Assembly: GCA_027049035.1 (NCBI GenBank)
Contig: JALTVI010000093.1
Location: 52,197 to 116,196, forward strand
Direction of reading: 5' to 3'
Length of the DNA: 64,000 nucleotides
Source of the DNA: Sulfurovum sp.
GTDB lineage: Bacteria > Campylobacterota > Campylobacteria > Campylobacterales > Sulfurovaceae
A model generated the notes under the pieces. The model was not told the DNA's origin. It searched no databases and saw only the letters and a list, made by a program, of their open reading frames with translations. Below are positions 9,676 through 18,805 of this stretch, in pieces (within the stretch, counting starts at the first letter, position 1; each line of letters begins with the position of its first letter). Made by a program: the position numbers and the translations under genes.

Positions 9676-10683
9676 ATGGAGTTCGCATACCCCTACCTCT
9701 TCTGGGTGATGATCGTGCCGTTCGTGCTCTTTGCCGTGCTGGTTTCGACCAACAAAGAGCGGCTTTCGCGCATTTTTGATGCGAAGGTGCTCGAGCGGCT
9801 CAGTGCCGGGGATGAGAGTATGCCCCAGCGGCTGCGGAACATCATCCTCTTTTCGGCGATCTTCTTTATGATCGTCGCGATGGCGCGTCCGGTGGTCGAT
9901 GAGGGTGAGAAGAGTGTCGATGTGCAGGGTCTGACCGTACTGACGGCGCTGGATATTTCCGGTTCGATGCGCAGCAAAGATGTCTACCCCAACCGTCTGG
10001 AGTTTGCCAAGAAGAAGATGATGGCGTTTTTCGACGATATGCCAAGCGATGAGGTGGGTGTGGCAGCCTTTGCCTACTCGTCGTTCATCCTGGCACCCTT
10101 TACCAGCGACAAAGAGACGCTGAAAATGCTGGTAGAAGGGGTCGATGACTCCTACATCAGTATGGGGTCGACCGACTTCAGTGCGCTTGGAGAGCTTGCG
10201 GCAAACGTGCTCAAGGAGAAAAAGCCTAAGATCCTTGTTCTTTTCACCGACGGTGGTGATGAAGAGGCGATCACAGGCTTTTCGGACATTCTGAAAGCCA
10301 ACAACATAGACCTCTATGTGGTGCTGGTGGGAACCAAAAAGGGCGCACCTGTTCTGGATGAGAACGGCAAGCCGATGCTGCTCAAAGACGGCAGCATTGC
10401 CATTACACAGCGTAACGACGCCCTCGGACTGCTTGCGAAAGAGAATGGGGGTGCCTACGTCATTGCAGGAAACGGAAAGGATGACATGAAAAAACTGGCA
10501 GACCTGATTCACGCAAAGTACAAGATGCAGTCACAGGGTAAAGTGCAGATCAGACAGCGTACGGAGTATTTCTACTACCCGCTGGCATTCGGGCTTATGC
10601 TGCTGCTGATCGGGCTGAGTTCTTTCCCGCGTTTTGGTAACGGAAGCAGACCGCGTGCAGCGGCTAAAGGAGGTGTGCAATGA
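9676..10683 (+). CDS. batB: VWA-domain membrane protein, BatB-like
   Basis: TM helices plus a VWA domain with the MIDAS motif DISGSM. It overlaps the next gene by 4 nt. Confidence 0.8.
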   Translation: MEFAYPYLFWVMIVPFVLFAVLVSTNKERLSRIFDAKVLERLSAGDESMPQRLRNIILFSAIFFMIVAMARPVVDEGEKSVDVQGLTVLTALDISGSMRSKDVYPNRLEFAKKKMMAFFDDMPSDEVGVAAFAYSSFILAPFTSDKETLKMLVEGVDDSYISMGSTDFSALGELAANVLKEKKPKILVLFTDGGDEEAITGFSDILKANNIDLYVVLVGTKKGAPVLDENGKPMLLKDGSIAITQRNDALGLLAKENGGAYVIAGNGKDDMKKLADLIHAKYKMQSQGKVQIRQRTEYFYYPLAFGLMLLLIGLSSFPRFGNGSRPRAAAKGGVQ

Positions 10684-11567
10684 TGTGGCCCAAAAAGATG
10701 GTACTGCTCTTGCTTCTTTCCGCTACGGCGGCATTTGCAGGCCTGACCGATTTCAAGACCATCAAAGAGGCCAAAGAGGCGTACCATGCCAAAGAGTACA
10801 CCAAGAGTGCCGCACTCTTCAACTCGCTTGAAAAGGAGGCGCCGCAAAAGGCGTACGACCTTGGCAATGCCTACTACAAGTCCAAAAACTACGATGCCGC
10901 ACTCAAGGAGTATGAGAAGGCAAAGGGTGAAGGGGTAGATGAGGCGCAGCGTCTGCACAATGTCGGAAACGTTCACTTTATGAAAAACGAGCTCGACAAG
11001 GCGATAGAGGCGTATGAAAAGGCGCTGAAGATACGAGAGGACAAAGATACGCGTTTCAACCTGGAGCTTGCCAAGCGCAAAAAGAAGCAGCAGGAACAGA
11101 AGAAGAAACAGCAGAAAAAACAGAATAAGCAGAACAAAGACCAAAAGAAAAACGACAAAAACAAAGATCAGAAGAAGAACGACCAGAACAAAAAGAACGA
11201 TAAACAGAACAAAGACCAGAAAAAGAACGACAAAAGCAAGCAAAACGAGAACAAGAACGGCCAGAAGAAGAAAGACGACAACAAAAAAGGCCAGGACAAG
11301 AAGAAGCAGGATCAGAAAAAGAAAGATCAGCAGAAAAAGGGTGACAAGTCCAAAGGGGATTCGCAAAAAGAGAAGAAGCCTCAGAACAAAAAGGGCAGTG
11401 AAGCTTCCGGTCAGCCCAAAAAGCAGAAGATGAGCAAAGAAGAGAAGCTCAAGCAGGCGGAGATGAAGCGTCTGCTCAAGAAGATGGGACAGAAGAAGAC
11501 GCCGACGATGATGTATCAGATGAGCGGCGGAAAACCCAAAGAGCGTAAGGATATTAGACCGTGGTAG
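10680..11567 (+). CDS. batC: TPR-repeat protein, BatC-like, with a long K/N/Q/D-rich low-complexity tail
   Basis: Signal-like N-terminus, then TPR-like repeats (AYDLGNAYYKSKNYDAALKEYEKA and similar). These are followed by about 150 aa of KDQKKND-type repeats. Confidence 0.7.
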   Translation: MMWPKKMVLLLLLSATAAFAGLTDFKTIKEAKEAYHAKEYTKSAALFNSLEKEAPQKAYDLGNAYYKSKNYDAALKEYEKAKGEGVDEAQRLHNVGNVHFMKNELDKAIEAYEKALKIREDKDTRFNLELAKRKKKQQEQKKKQQKKQNKQNKDQKKNDKNKDQKKNDQNKKNDKQNKDQKKNDKSKQNENKNGQKKKDDNKKGQDKKKQDQKKKDQQKKGDKSKGDSQKEKKPQNKKGSEASGQPKKQKMSKEEKLKQAEMKRLLKKMGQKKTPTMMYQMSGGKPKERKDIRPW

Positions 11568-11582
11568 CGCGACGATATATCT

Positions 11583-11676
11583 ATGAGGGTTTGAACCGGT
11601 CACTCCTGCAGGTGCAAACGGCGAAGCCGCCCTGCGGGTTGGGTGCACCTTTGTCGCAACCGGCCCAAACCCTCAT
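11583..11676 (+). repeat. Structured TIR element, short copy (batC / batD spacer)
   Basis: The terminal inverted repeat is ATGAGGGTTTG..CCGG / CCGG..CAAACCCTCAT. The conserved core is GCAGGTGCAAA ... CGCCCTGCGGGTTGGGTGCACCTTTGTCG. Confidence 0.7.
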
Positions 11677-11696
11677 AAACAATAGCAACAGTAAAA

Positions 11697-13235
11697 ATGA
11701 ATAAGGAATGGACAATGAAAAAATTATGGATGATATCGGCACTCTTTTATCTGATGGCAATACATTTTCTCTATGCCGACAGTGCCGAAGCGGTGCTTTC
11801 GCAAAATGAAGTGGTGAAGGGCAATATGGCGCAGCTGCGTCTGATTGCTGAAGGGAATCGGCCGGAGTTTCCACGCATCGACAAAATCGGTGATGTGCCC
11901 GTGCTTGGCCGAAGCCGTACGCAGAACACGTCGCTGCAGGTAATCAACGGCAAGAGCAGCCTGACACATACGACCAGCCTCATACTGACGTTTGAGCCGA
12001 CAAAAGATATGATGATTCCCTCTTTTGATATCAAGATTGACGGTAAAACCTACAAAACGAAGCCGTTGAAACTGAAAGTGATCAAATCCTCCGCACCGCA
12101 AGGGGCAAGTAGCGGTATGTTCTCTTTGACGATGAAGGCGAACAAAACGGAAGTAATGGTGGGTGAGCCGCTTGTAGTTACTGTCTACTTCTCACTGCGA
12201 AATGATGTGCGTCTTTCGGAGAATCCGCAGTACAACCGGCCAGAGTTTAAGGGCTTCTTTGTCAAAGAGGTCGATGACGAGAAGCGCTATGTCAAAGGCA
12301 ACTACCATATTACCGAGCTGCGCTACATTCTTGTCCCGCAAAAGCCGGGTGAGTATCACATCGAGCCGGCAACGGCGAAAATTGGTCTGGCAGATACGAG
12401 CAGACGCGATATCTTCGGACGATTCTTTGGTACGATATGGAAACCTGTAAGCTCCAACGGCCTTACCGTTAAAGTCGATCCCGCACCACAGGATGCTGAT
12501 CTTATAGGACATTTCTATGTAGAGAGTAGTATAGACAAGACAAAGACCAAGGCAAACAAGCCTGTCAATCTGACTGTGATCATCGAGGGGGACGGCTCCC
12601 TTGAAGACTATGAGATGCCAAACTACGACATTGACGGAGTGACGGTCTACAGTGATGATGCAGAAGTAAAAACGGAAGTGATCGGCGATAAGCTCAAAAG
12701 TACCTATGTCAAGAAGTTCGCCTTCATCGCGGACCACAGTTTCGAGATTCCGGCACGCACGATCACAGCGTACGATCCGAAGACAAAAGAGACAAAAACG
12801 CTTGAGATCCCGGGTTACAGCATCGAGGTGGAGGTACCCAAAAGTGCACCCAACATGCCTGCCCAGACACCGGGCAGCTCTGCTGCAAGCGGCACACTGC
12901 ATACGGACCTGAAGCTGCCGCAGCAGGCAGAAGGTATTGCTGCCCAAGGGACAGCTTCCAAAAAAGTGGTAAGTGTACCTTCCTGGTGGCTGCTGGTTTT
13001 GGCATTCCTTGGCGGTATGGTGACGATGTATCTGCTTGGCAAACTTCAGTGGAAGAGAGCTCCCCGTCTCTTCAAAGAGTCCGAAGCGCTGAAGATCCTC
13101 TACGCCCATATGAGCGAGGATCCGCAGGTGGAGGCGATGGTACGTAAACTCTATGCGAAGAAAAATGGGCAAAAAGATGTTATCATTGACAAAAAAGAGC
13201 TCAGGGAGCTGGTGGAACGCTATACGAAAAAGTAG
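11697..13235 (+). CDS. batD: BatD-like (oxygen-tolerance family) protein
   Basis: Signal peptide (possible start at 11715, MKKLWMISALF), a large extracytoplasmic region and one C-terminal TM (WWLLVLAFLGGMVTMYLLG). It is the last gene of the Bat operon. Confidence 0.7.
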   Translation: MNKEWTMKKLWMISALFYLMAIHFLYADSAEAVLSQNEVVKGNMAQLRLIAEGNRPEFPRIDKIGDVPVLGRSRTQNTSLQVINGKSSLTHTTSLILTFEPTKDMMIPSFDIKIDGKTYKTKPLKLKVIKSSAPQGASSGMFSLTMKANKTEVMVGEPLVVTVYFSLRNDVRLSENPQYNRPEFKGFFVKEVDDEKRYVKGNYHITELRYILVPQKPGEYHIEPATAKIGLADTSRRDIFGRFFGTIWKPVSSNGLTVKVDPAPQDADLIGHFYVESSIDKTKTKANKPVNLTVIIEGDGSLEDYEMPNYDIDGVTVYSDDAEVKTEVIGDKLKSTYVKKFAFIADHSFEIPARTITAYDPKTKETKTLEIPGYSIEVEVPKSAPNMPAQTPGSSAASGTLHTDLKLPQQAEGIAAQGTASKKVVSVPSWWLLVLAFLGGMVTMYLLGKLQWKRAPRLFKESEALKILYAHMSEDPQVEAMVRKLYAKKNGQKDVIIDKKELRELVERYTKK

Positions 13236-13273
13236 CGCACTTCTCCTTTGAAGCATAGTGGAGGGAGAGAGTC

Positions 13274-15175
13274 GTGAGTGTTGCTAATGCCGCATTTTTC
13301 TACGGCAGCGTGGAAGAGGGTTATCTTGAAACAGTCAAATCAGCATTGAGTGAAAAACGGGTCTCCTTTTTCCCTCTCTCCGAACTCTTTAGCATAGAAC
13401 ACGCCCACTTTACCCATTTGATGGTCTGCGGCACCCTTGAAGAGATTAAAGAGGTACTCTCCTATGCGATCACGGAGCAGAAGAGTGTGGGCATAGTACC
13501 GCTTCCGGGGCAGAAGGAGCTGATGCGTACCTTCGCGCTCCCCTCCAAACCCAAAGAGAGCGCACTGCTGGCATACGAACCGGCAGAAGAGAAGATCGAT
13601 ATGCTCTTTTGCGAGAGTGAACCGGTGCTTCAGGAGGTGGTTATTGGCGATGTGCCGCCTTTGGATACCTACGATGCTGCGCTGAAACAAAGAAGCGTTC
13701 TGTCGCGCCTGAAGCTCTTTTGGCGTATACTGCAGAGGGTCAGGCGTTTGCACCACAGGCGCTTTTCAATCACGGACGAGAATGAAAAAATGCTGAAACT
13801 CTCCGCAGTGGGAATGGTGGCGGTGGAGTATGACAACGGCACCTTTGCTTCCAAACTGATATCTTCCCAGATTCACGCAAGCGACGGGAAGCTTACTTTG
13901 CTGATCCTTTCCCCCACCTCCATTCTTCAGTATGTCTCCTACCTTTTTGGTGCACTGGTACCGGGGTGGACACCCAAAGTGCTGCCTCGTTCACTGGGCT
14001 ACATTAGGGGAAGCTATTTGAAAATAGAGACGTCAACAAGACCTCCTGATGTACTGGTGGACGGGACGCTTCGCACACAGACACCCGCAACGCTTCGGGT
14101 AGACAAGCAGGCGGTGGCACTGAGTGTGGGAGAAGCCTTCTGGCAGAAGCAGTCCGAAGCTGTCAAGGGAAAGAACAGTGCCAAGATAGACCACCTTCCC
14201 AGCGATGAAGAGAGTGCTAGTTATCTGAGTAAGGCGATTCCATTCTTTTCACACGCATCACAGGAGCAGTACAGTACGCTTTTTTCCACACTGCGTGAAG
14301 AGGCGAAACTCACCTCAACGTTTATGACACTTTTGATTTTGGCAACAATGATCGCTACGTTCGGACTCTTTATCAACTCCGCCTCGGTCATCATCGGTGC
14401 GATGCTGCTGGCACCTCTGATGCAGCCTATTGTGAGTCTCAGTATGGGTGTACTGCGCCAGGACACTGTTTTGGAGTTGGTTTCAGTGCGTACCATTGCC
14501 ATAGGCGTACTCTCAGTCCTCTTGACCGCTGCCTTGATCGCCTGGCTGACACCCATTGCCAAGCTGACGACCGAAATGGCCGGGAGGCTCTCACCGACCA
14601 TTCTTGATCTTTTTGTAGCCATAGCGTCGGGTGCAGCTGCAGCATATGCCAAGAGCAACGAGAAGATCTCCGGTTCGCTTGCAGGTGTGGCAATTGCCGT
14701 GGCGCTGGTACCGCCCATCGCGGTTTCAGGCATCGGGCTTGGCTGGGGAGAGTGGCATATATTCTCTTCGGCATTTCTGCTCTTTTTGACCAACCTGGTA
14801 GGTATCGTGTTGTCGGCGGCACTTACCTTCATGCTGCTCGGCTATTCACCTATTGCTATTGCAAAAAAGGGTATTACAATATGGCTGGTAATTGTTTTGA
14901 TTGTTGCCGTACCGCTCTATAGTGCCTTTGAACAGATGAAGACGTCTGCATTACTGCAGCAGAAGCTGACCAACATAACATTCAGGCTTCAGCAGCATGA
15001 TGTAACACTGACACACATTGAAGTGCTGCCGCAGACAAAAGGGGTAGAGGTACGCTGTGAAGTAATTGCCACAGGAATGCTATCTTCCGACGAGAAGCGT
15101 TTGCTCAAAGAGGTAATTGAGAAAACTGCGCAAATCCCAGTGAAGGTGACTGCCACTTTCCGTTACAGGCTATAG
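13274..15175 (+). CDS. DUF389/TIGR00341-like integral membrane protein with an N-terminal soluble domain resembling a lipid-kinase fold
   Basis: GTG start. The C-terminal half has multiple Gly/Ala-rich TM helices (GAAAAYAKSNEKISGSLAGVAIAVALVPP), typical of DUF389. The N-terminal domain assignment is weak. Confidence 0.5.
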   Translation: MSVANAAFFYGSVEEGYLETVKSALSEKRVSFFPLSELFSIEHAHFTHLMVCGTLEEIKEVLSYAITEQKSVGIVPLPGQKELMRTFALPSKPKESALLAYEPAEEKIDMLFCESEPVLQEVVIGDVPPLDTYDAALKQRSVLSRLKLFWRILQRVRRLHHRRFSITDENEKMLKLSAVGMVAVEYDNGTFASKLISSQIHASDGKLTLLILSPTSILQYVSYLFGALVPGWTPKVLPRSLGYIRGSYLKIETSTRPPDVLVDGTLRTQTPATLRVDKQAVALSVGEAFWQKQSEAVKGKNSAKIDHLPSDEESASYLSKAIPFFSHASQEQYSTLFSTLREEAKLTSTFMTLLILATMIATFGLFINSASVIIGAMLLAPLMQPIVSLSMGVLRQDTVLELVSVRTIAIGVLSVLLTAALIAWLTPIAKLTTEMAGRLSPTILDLFVAIASGAAAAYAKSNEKISGSLAGVAIAVALVPPIAVSGIGLGWGEWHIFSSAFLLFLTNLVGIVLSAALTFMLLGYSPIAIAKKGITIWLVIVLIVAVPLYSAFEQMKTSALLQQKLTNITFRLQQHDVTLTHIEVLPQTKGVEVRCEVIATGMLSSDEKRLLKEVIEKTAQIPVKVTATFRYRL

Positions 15176-16024
15176 AATGTCATGCAGGCTGTTGGCCTCC
15201 TGCATCCAGCCATTAAGTGCTTTCCACTCCTCATTTTCAACCATATTCCGGCACATCTTCAGCTCCTTTTCGAAGGCTTCGATGGCGTCTATGAGGTTGG
15301 TCTTGTTTTGCCTGAAGATATCTTCCCACATACTGGGGGAGGATTTGGCAATGCGGCTCATATCTTTGAAGCCTCCGCCTGCAAGTGCGACGATGCTTTC
15401 AGGATCTTCCTGCCGCATAACGGCATTGGCGAGTGCGAAACTGAGTGCGTGAGGCATATGGGAAATGAACGCCGCATGCCGGTCGTGCTCCTCGGCTCCC
15501 ATGAAGACCATTTTCATGCCAAGGCGTTGAAAGAGTGCCTTAGCGGTCTCCTGCTGGACTTTTCCGCTCTTTTCAATGTCACACAGTACGACAACCTTTC
15601 CTTTGTAGAGGTCTGGCAGTGCTGCAGTCGGCCCGAACTTTTCAGTGCCTGTCATCGGGTGAGCGGTGACGAAAAAGTGGCGGGTCGTGGTGGGAATGCT
15701 GGCCGAGATCTTCGCCTTGGTGCTTCCAAAATCGATTACTGTAGTGTTTGGGTTGGCAGGTTTGAGCTGCTGTGCGACGGCGATGATGCCGTCGACCGGA
15801 ATGGTCAGAACGATGATATCACAGTGGGAGAGGGCGTCGAGTGAATCGACGATTTCATCGACAAGGCCCAGGTCGAGTGCCTCCTGACAGTGCTTTGGAT
15901 TGTGGTCAAGACCCAGAAAACGACACTCAGAGCCGCTCTTTTTGAGTGCCAGTGCCAGTGAACCGCCCATTAGTCCAAGGCCCACAATACCGATTTGTTT
16001 CAGCCCGATCTCTTCTGCTTGCAT
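15170..16024 (-). CDS. tyrA: Prephenate dehydrogenase
   Basis: NAD-binding motif IGIVGLGLMGGSLA at the N-terminus, counting from the ATG at 16024. The rest has a TyrA-like layout. Confidence 0.85.
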   Translation of the reverse strand: MQAEEIGLKQIGIVGLGLMGGSLALALKKSGSECRFLGLDHNPKHCQEALDLGLVDEIVDSLDALSHCDIIVLTIPVDGIIAVAQQLKPANPNTTVIDFGSTKAKISASIPTTTRHFFVTAHPMTGTEKFGPTAALPDLYKGKVVVLCDIEKSGKVQQETAKALFQRLGMKMVFMGAEEHDRHAAFISHMPHALSFALANAVMRQEDPESIVALAGGGFKDMSRIAKSSPSMWEDIFRQNKTNLIDAIEAFEKELKMCRNMVENEEWKALNGWMQEANSLHDIL

Positions 16025-16158
16025 CGATCCCTCTTTTGAAAACAAAGTTGCCGCCAAAGCCCGGCTACAGGTGGTGTTAAGTGGGATTATAGCATCTTTT
16101 CATACGCCTCTTATTGAAAAAACGATAAAATTAGTGCAAATTATTTCAAGGTGACTTT

Positions 16159-18468
16159 ATGATCAGAAAAATCGTACTCTCCTGGCTGCTGGTCGGCTCT
16201 CTTCTCTTCGCCCAAAAAATCACAAATATCAAGTTCGAAGGTTTGCACCATCTCTCCCCTTCTGTAGCGCTTGAAGTGGCGGACCTTCGTGTGGGTGACC
16301 CTATGGATATCGAAAAGATCAACGAATCGATTGTGAACTTCTACAATCAGGGCTACTTCGAGGATGTCTGGGTGGATAGAAAAGGCGGTACACTGATCTA
16401 TCACTTCAAAGAGAAGCCGGCCATTGCCCATGTCGAGATCAAAGGAATGGGATCTGACGATGAAGCGAAGAAACTGCTACAGAGCATCGGTCTCAAGCGT
16501 GGCGATATGTACGATAAGGCAAAAGTCGAACAAGCCAAGAAGCTGCTCTCAGAGCGTCTACAGAGTATGGGTAACTACGACTCCATTATCGAAGTGACTG
16601 AAAAGCCCGTAGGTGAGAATGCCGTTTCTATTGTTTTCAGCGTCAACAAGGGTGAGAAGATCAAAATCAAGAAGATCAACTTCATCGGTGCCAAGGAGCT
16701 CGACAAGGGTGACCTCGAACATGATCTCGTGAACAAGGAGGAGGATTTCCTTGGGTGGATCCCTTTTCTTAACGATGGAGAGGTGCATGTAGACCAGCTT
16801 GAGTACGATGCATATCGCCTTAAAGAAACCTATATGAAGCATGGGTATATTGATGCCGAAGTTGGCAAGCCGCTGATGCGTGTCGACTACAGTTCGGGTA
16901 CGGCGGAAGTGGATTACCAGATCAAAGAGGGACCGCAGTACCGTGTGGGAGATGTGACTATTTCACAGAACGTTCCGGGTATTAATACACAAGAGTTGCT
17001 TTCCAATCTCAAGCTGACAAAAGGAAAGATCTTCAATATCAAGCGTATGCGTAAAGATATGGAGATGATCAAGAATGCAGTAGGTGACCTTGGGTATGCC
17101 TATGCACATGTTTCTCCGCAGATGCGTAAAGATGAGGCGACCCATACGGTAAATCTGCAATATATCGTAGATCCCGGCAAGAAAGTGAAGATTCACGATG
17201 TATTGATCAGTGGAAACGATACGACCAAAGACCGTGTTATTAGACGCTATATCTATCTTGCGCCGGGTGACCTCTACAATGCAACGGATCTGAAAGAGAG
17301 CAAGCATGCACTTGGAAGAACCGGATTTTTTGAAAAAGTGGACATTCAGACACAGCGTATCTCTGACGATGAAGTCGACTTGCTTGTCAAAGTCAAAGAG
17401 ACCTCGACAGGTACCATTTCGCTTGGCGGCGGATACGGAAGCTACGAAGGGTTGATGGTCAATGCCAGTATCTCCGACAAGAACCTCTTTGGAACGGGGA
17501 TTACCGGAAGTCTTGGATTTGACATTTCAAAAATTTCCCAAAGCTACAACCTCTCGTTCGTCAACCCAAGAGTCTGGGACAGTCTCTACAGCCTTGGCTT
17601 GAGTTTCTACAAACGTAAGTATGAGTACTATGACTATACCGAAGATACACTGGGCGGGTCATTGAATGTCGGACGTCAGTTCTTTAGACACTGGTACGGT
17701 TCGGTAGGTATCGGTTATGTGGACAACAACTCCGAATACAACAATAACGACTATGACCCGAGACTTACACAGATATATAACGACCAGTATCGAAAAATTT
17801 CCGGTTTTGCAGGTATTTCCTTTGACAATACCGATGACTACTATCTGCCAAGAGAGGGATTTATCTTCTCGCTCAATGCAGAGTTCGCATCACTGGATGG
17901 TGATGACTACAATGCAAGTATCTATAAAGACGGCTATGCCAACTTTACAAAACTCAATATGCGTTTTGGTGCCTACTATGGATTGGAGGACTACATCGAC
18001 TATGACCTGATTCTTCGCTTCAAGTTTAGAGGAACCTACATCAAGCGTGTAAGTGACGATGAAAAACTTCCGGTTGCCGAAAGACTCTTTATGGGTGGTA
18101 TCGGAAGTGTAAGAGGCTACCAGGCATATTCACTTGCTCCAGAGCTTCCAAATGGTGACCGTATCGGTGGAACCTACCGTTCTTCCGCAACGGTAGAGGC
18201 GAGCGTACCGCTTTCGGAGGCCGCCAAGATGCGCCTTGCCTTCTTCTTTGACTACGGTATCATCGGTATGGACCCTGAGCCATATGCTACATCTACGGGT
18301 TCAATTGACCACTATGATCCGGGTGATATAAGCCGCTCTTCGGTTGGCGCAGTACTTGAATGGCAGTCTGGTTTCGGTCCGATCAACCTTGTCTTCGGAT
18401 ATGCACTTGATGACGAGCCGGGTGACGAGACAGCACCGTTCGAGTTTTCTATGGGAACGAAGTTCTAA
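16159..18468 (+). CDS. bamA: Outer membrane protein assembly factor BamA
   Basis: 769 aa with a signal peptide, POTRA-type repeats and a C-terminal beta-barrel ending in an aromatic residue (GTKF). Confidence 0.9.
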   Translation: MIRKIVLSWLLVGSLLFAQKITNIKFEGLHHLSPSVALEVADLRVGDPMDIEKINESIVNFYNQGYFEDVWVDRKGGTLIYHFKEKPAIAHVEIKGMGSDDEAKKLLQSIGLKRGDMYDKAKVEQAKKLLSERLQSMGNYDSIIEVTEKPVGENAVSIVFSVNKGEKIKIKKINFIGAKELDKGDLEHDLVNKEEDFLGWIPFLNDGEVHVDQLEYDAYRLKETYMKHGYIDAEVGKPLMRVDYSSGTAEVDYQIKEGPQYRVGDVTISQNVPGINTQELLSNLKLTKGKIFNIKRMRKDMEMIKNAVGDLGYAYAHVSPQMRKDEATHTVNLQYIVDPGKKVKIHDVLISGNDTTKDRVIRRYIYLAPGDLYNATDLKESKHALGRTGFFEKVDIQTQRISDDEVDLLVKVKETSTGTISLGGGYGSYEGLMVNASISDKNLFGTGITGSLGFDISKISQSYNLSFVNPRVWDSLYSLGLSFYKRKYEYYDYTEDTLGGSLNVGRQFFRHWYGSVGIGYVDNNSEYNNNDYDPRLTQIYNDQYRKISGFAGISFDNTDDYYLPREGFIFSLNAEFASLDGDDYNASIYKDGYANFTKLNMRFGAYYGLEDYIDYDLILRFKFRGTYIKRVSDDEKLPVAERLFMGGIGSVRGYQAYSLAPELPNGDRIGGTYRSSATVEASVPLSEAAKMRLAFFFDYGIIGMDPEPYATSTGSIDHYDPGDISRSSVGAVLEWQSGFGPINLVFGYALDDEPGDETAPFEFSMGTKF

Positions 18469-18498
18469 GAGTTGACGGTACGCGAAAGCGTATGTCAA

Positions 18499-18805
18499 AA
18501 TTAGGAATTAGGAATTGATATCCCTTGCGGGACAGCCCCGCAAAACGTTATGCGTTCAACTAACGTTAAGCCGAAGCTGTACCTAAGGGCATACATTTCA
18601 ATAAAGCTTTCGGTTCCAAAATATTTCTGGAATCGGAGGCTTTAGCCCCGACATATGGTATTTGGGTAATTTACAATGTGCCGAAGCTAAAGCTTTCGGT
18701 TCCAAAAGTTACTAAGCTTCATATTAGTCAAATTCTGAAAAATTGCTACCTGCTACCTGCTACCTGCTACCTGCTACCTGCTACCTGCTACCTGCTACCT
18801 GCTAA
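18499..18805 (+). repeat. Composite repeat region between bamA and ppx, bounded by heptamer arrays
   Basis: (AATTAGG) x2.5 lies at 18499-18518. The internal duplicated motif AAAGCTTTCGGTTCCAAAA appears twice, near 18604 and 18689. (TGCTACC) x about 8.9 lies at 18744-18805 and abuts the ppx stop codon. Confidence 0.8.

Noticed and set aside
10575-11648. 357-aa minus-strand ORF (L/F-rich) and the 11068-11433 plus-strand alternative frame
   Set aside because: Both are mirror or shifted frames of the purine-rich BatC repeat tail, so they are low-complexity artefacts.
12192-13256. 354-aa minus-strand ORF antisense to batD
   Set aside because: It is a shadow ORF, whereas batD has a signal peptide, fits the operon context and has coherent domain organisation.
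18744-18805. Tandem TGCTACC array (and the other heptamer arrays) considered as a CRISPR array
   Set aside because: The units are 7 nt long and contiguous, with no spacers. No cas genes are present in the window. This is a microsatellite-like array, not a CRISPR array.
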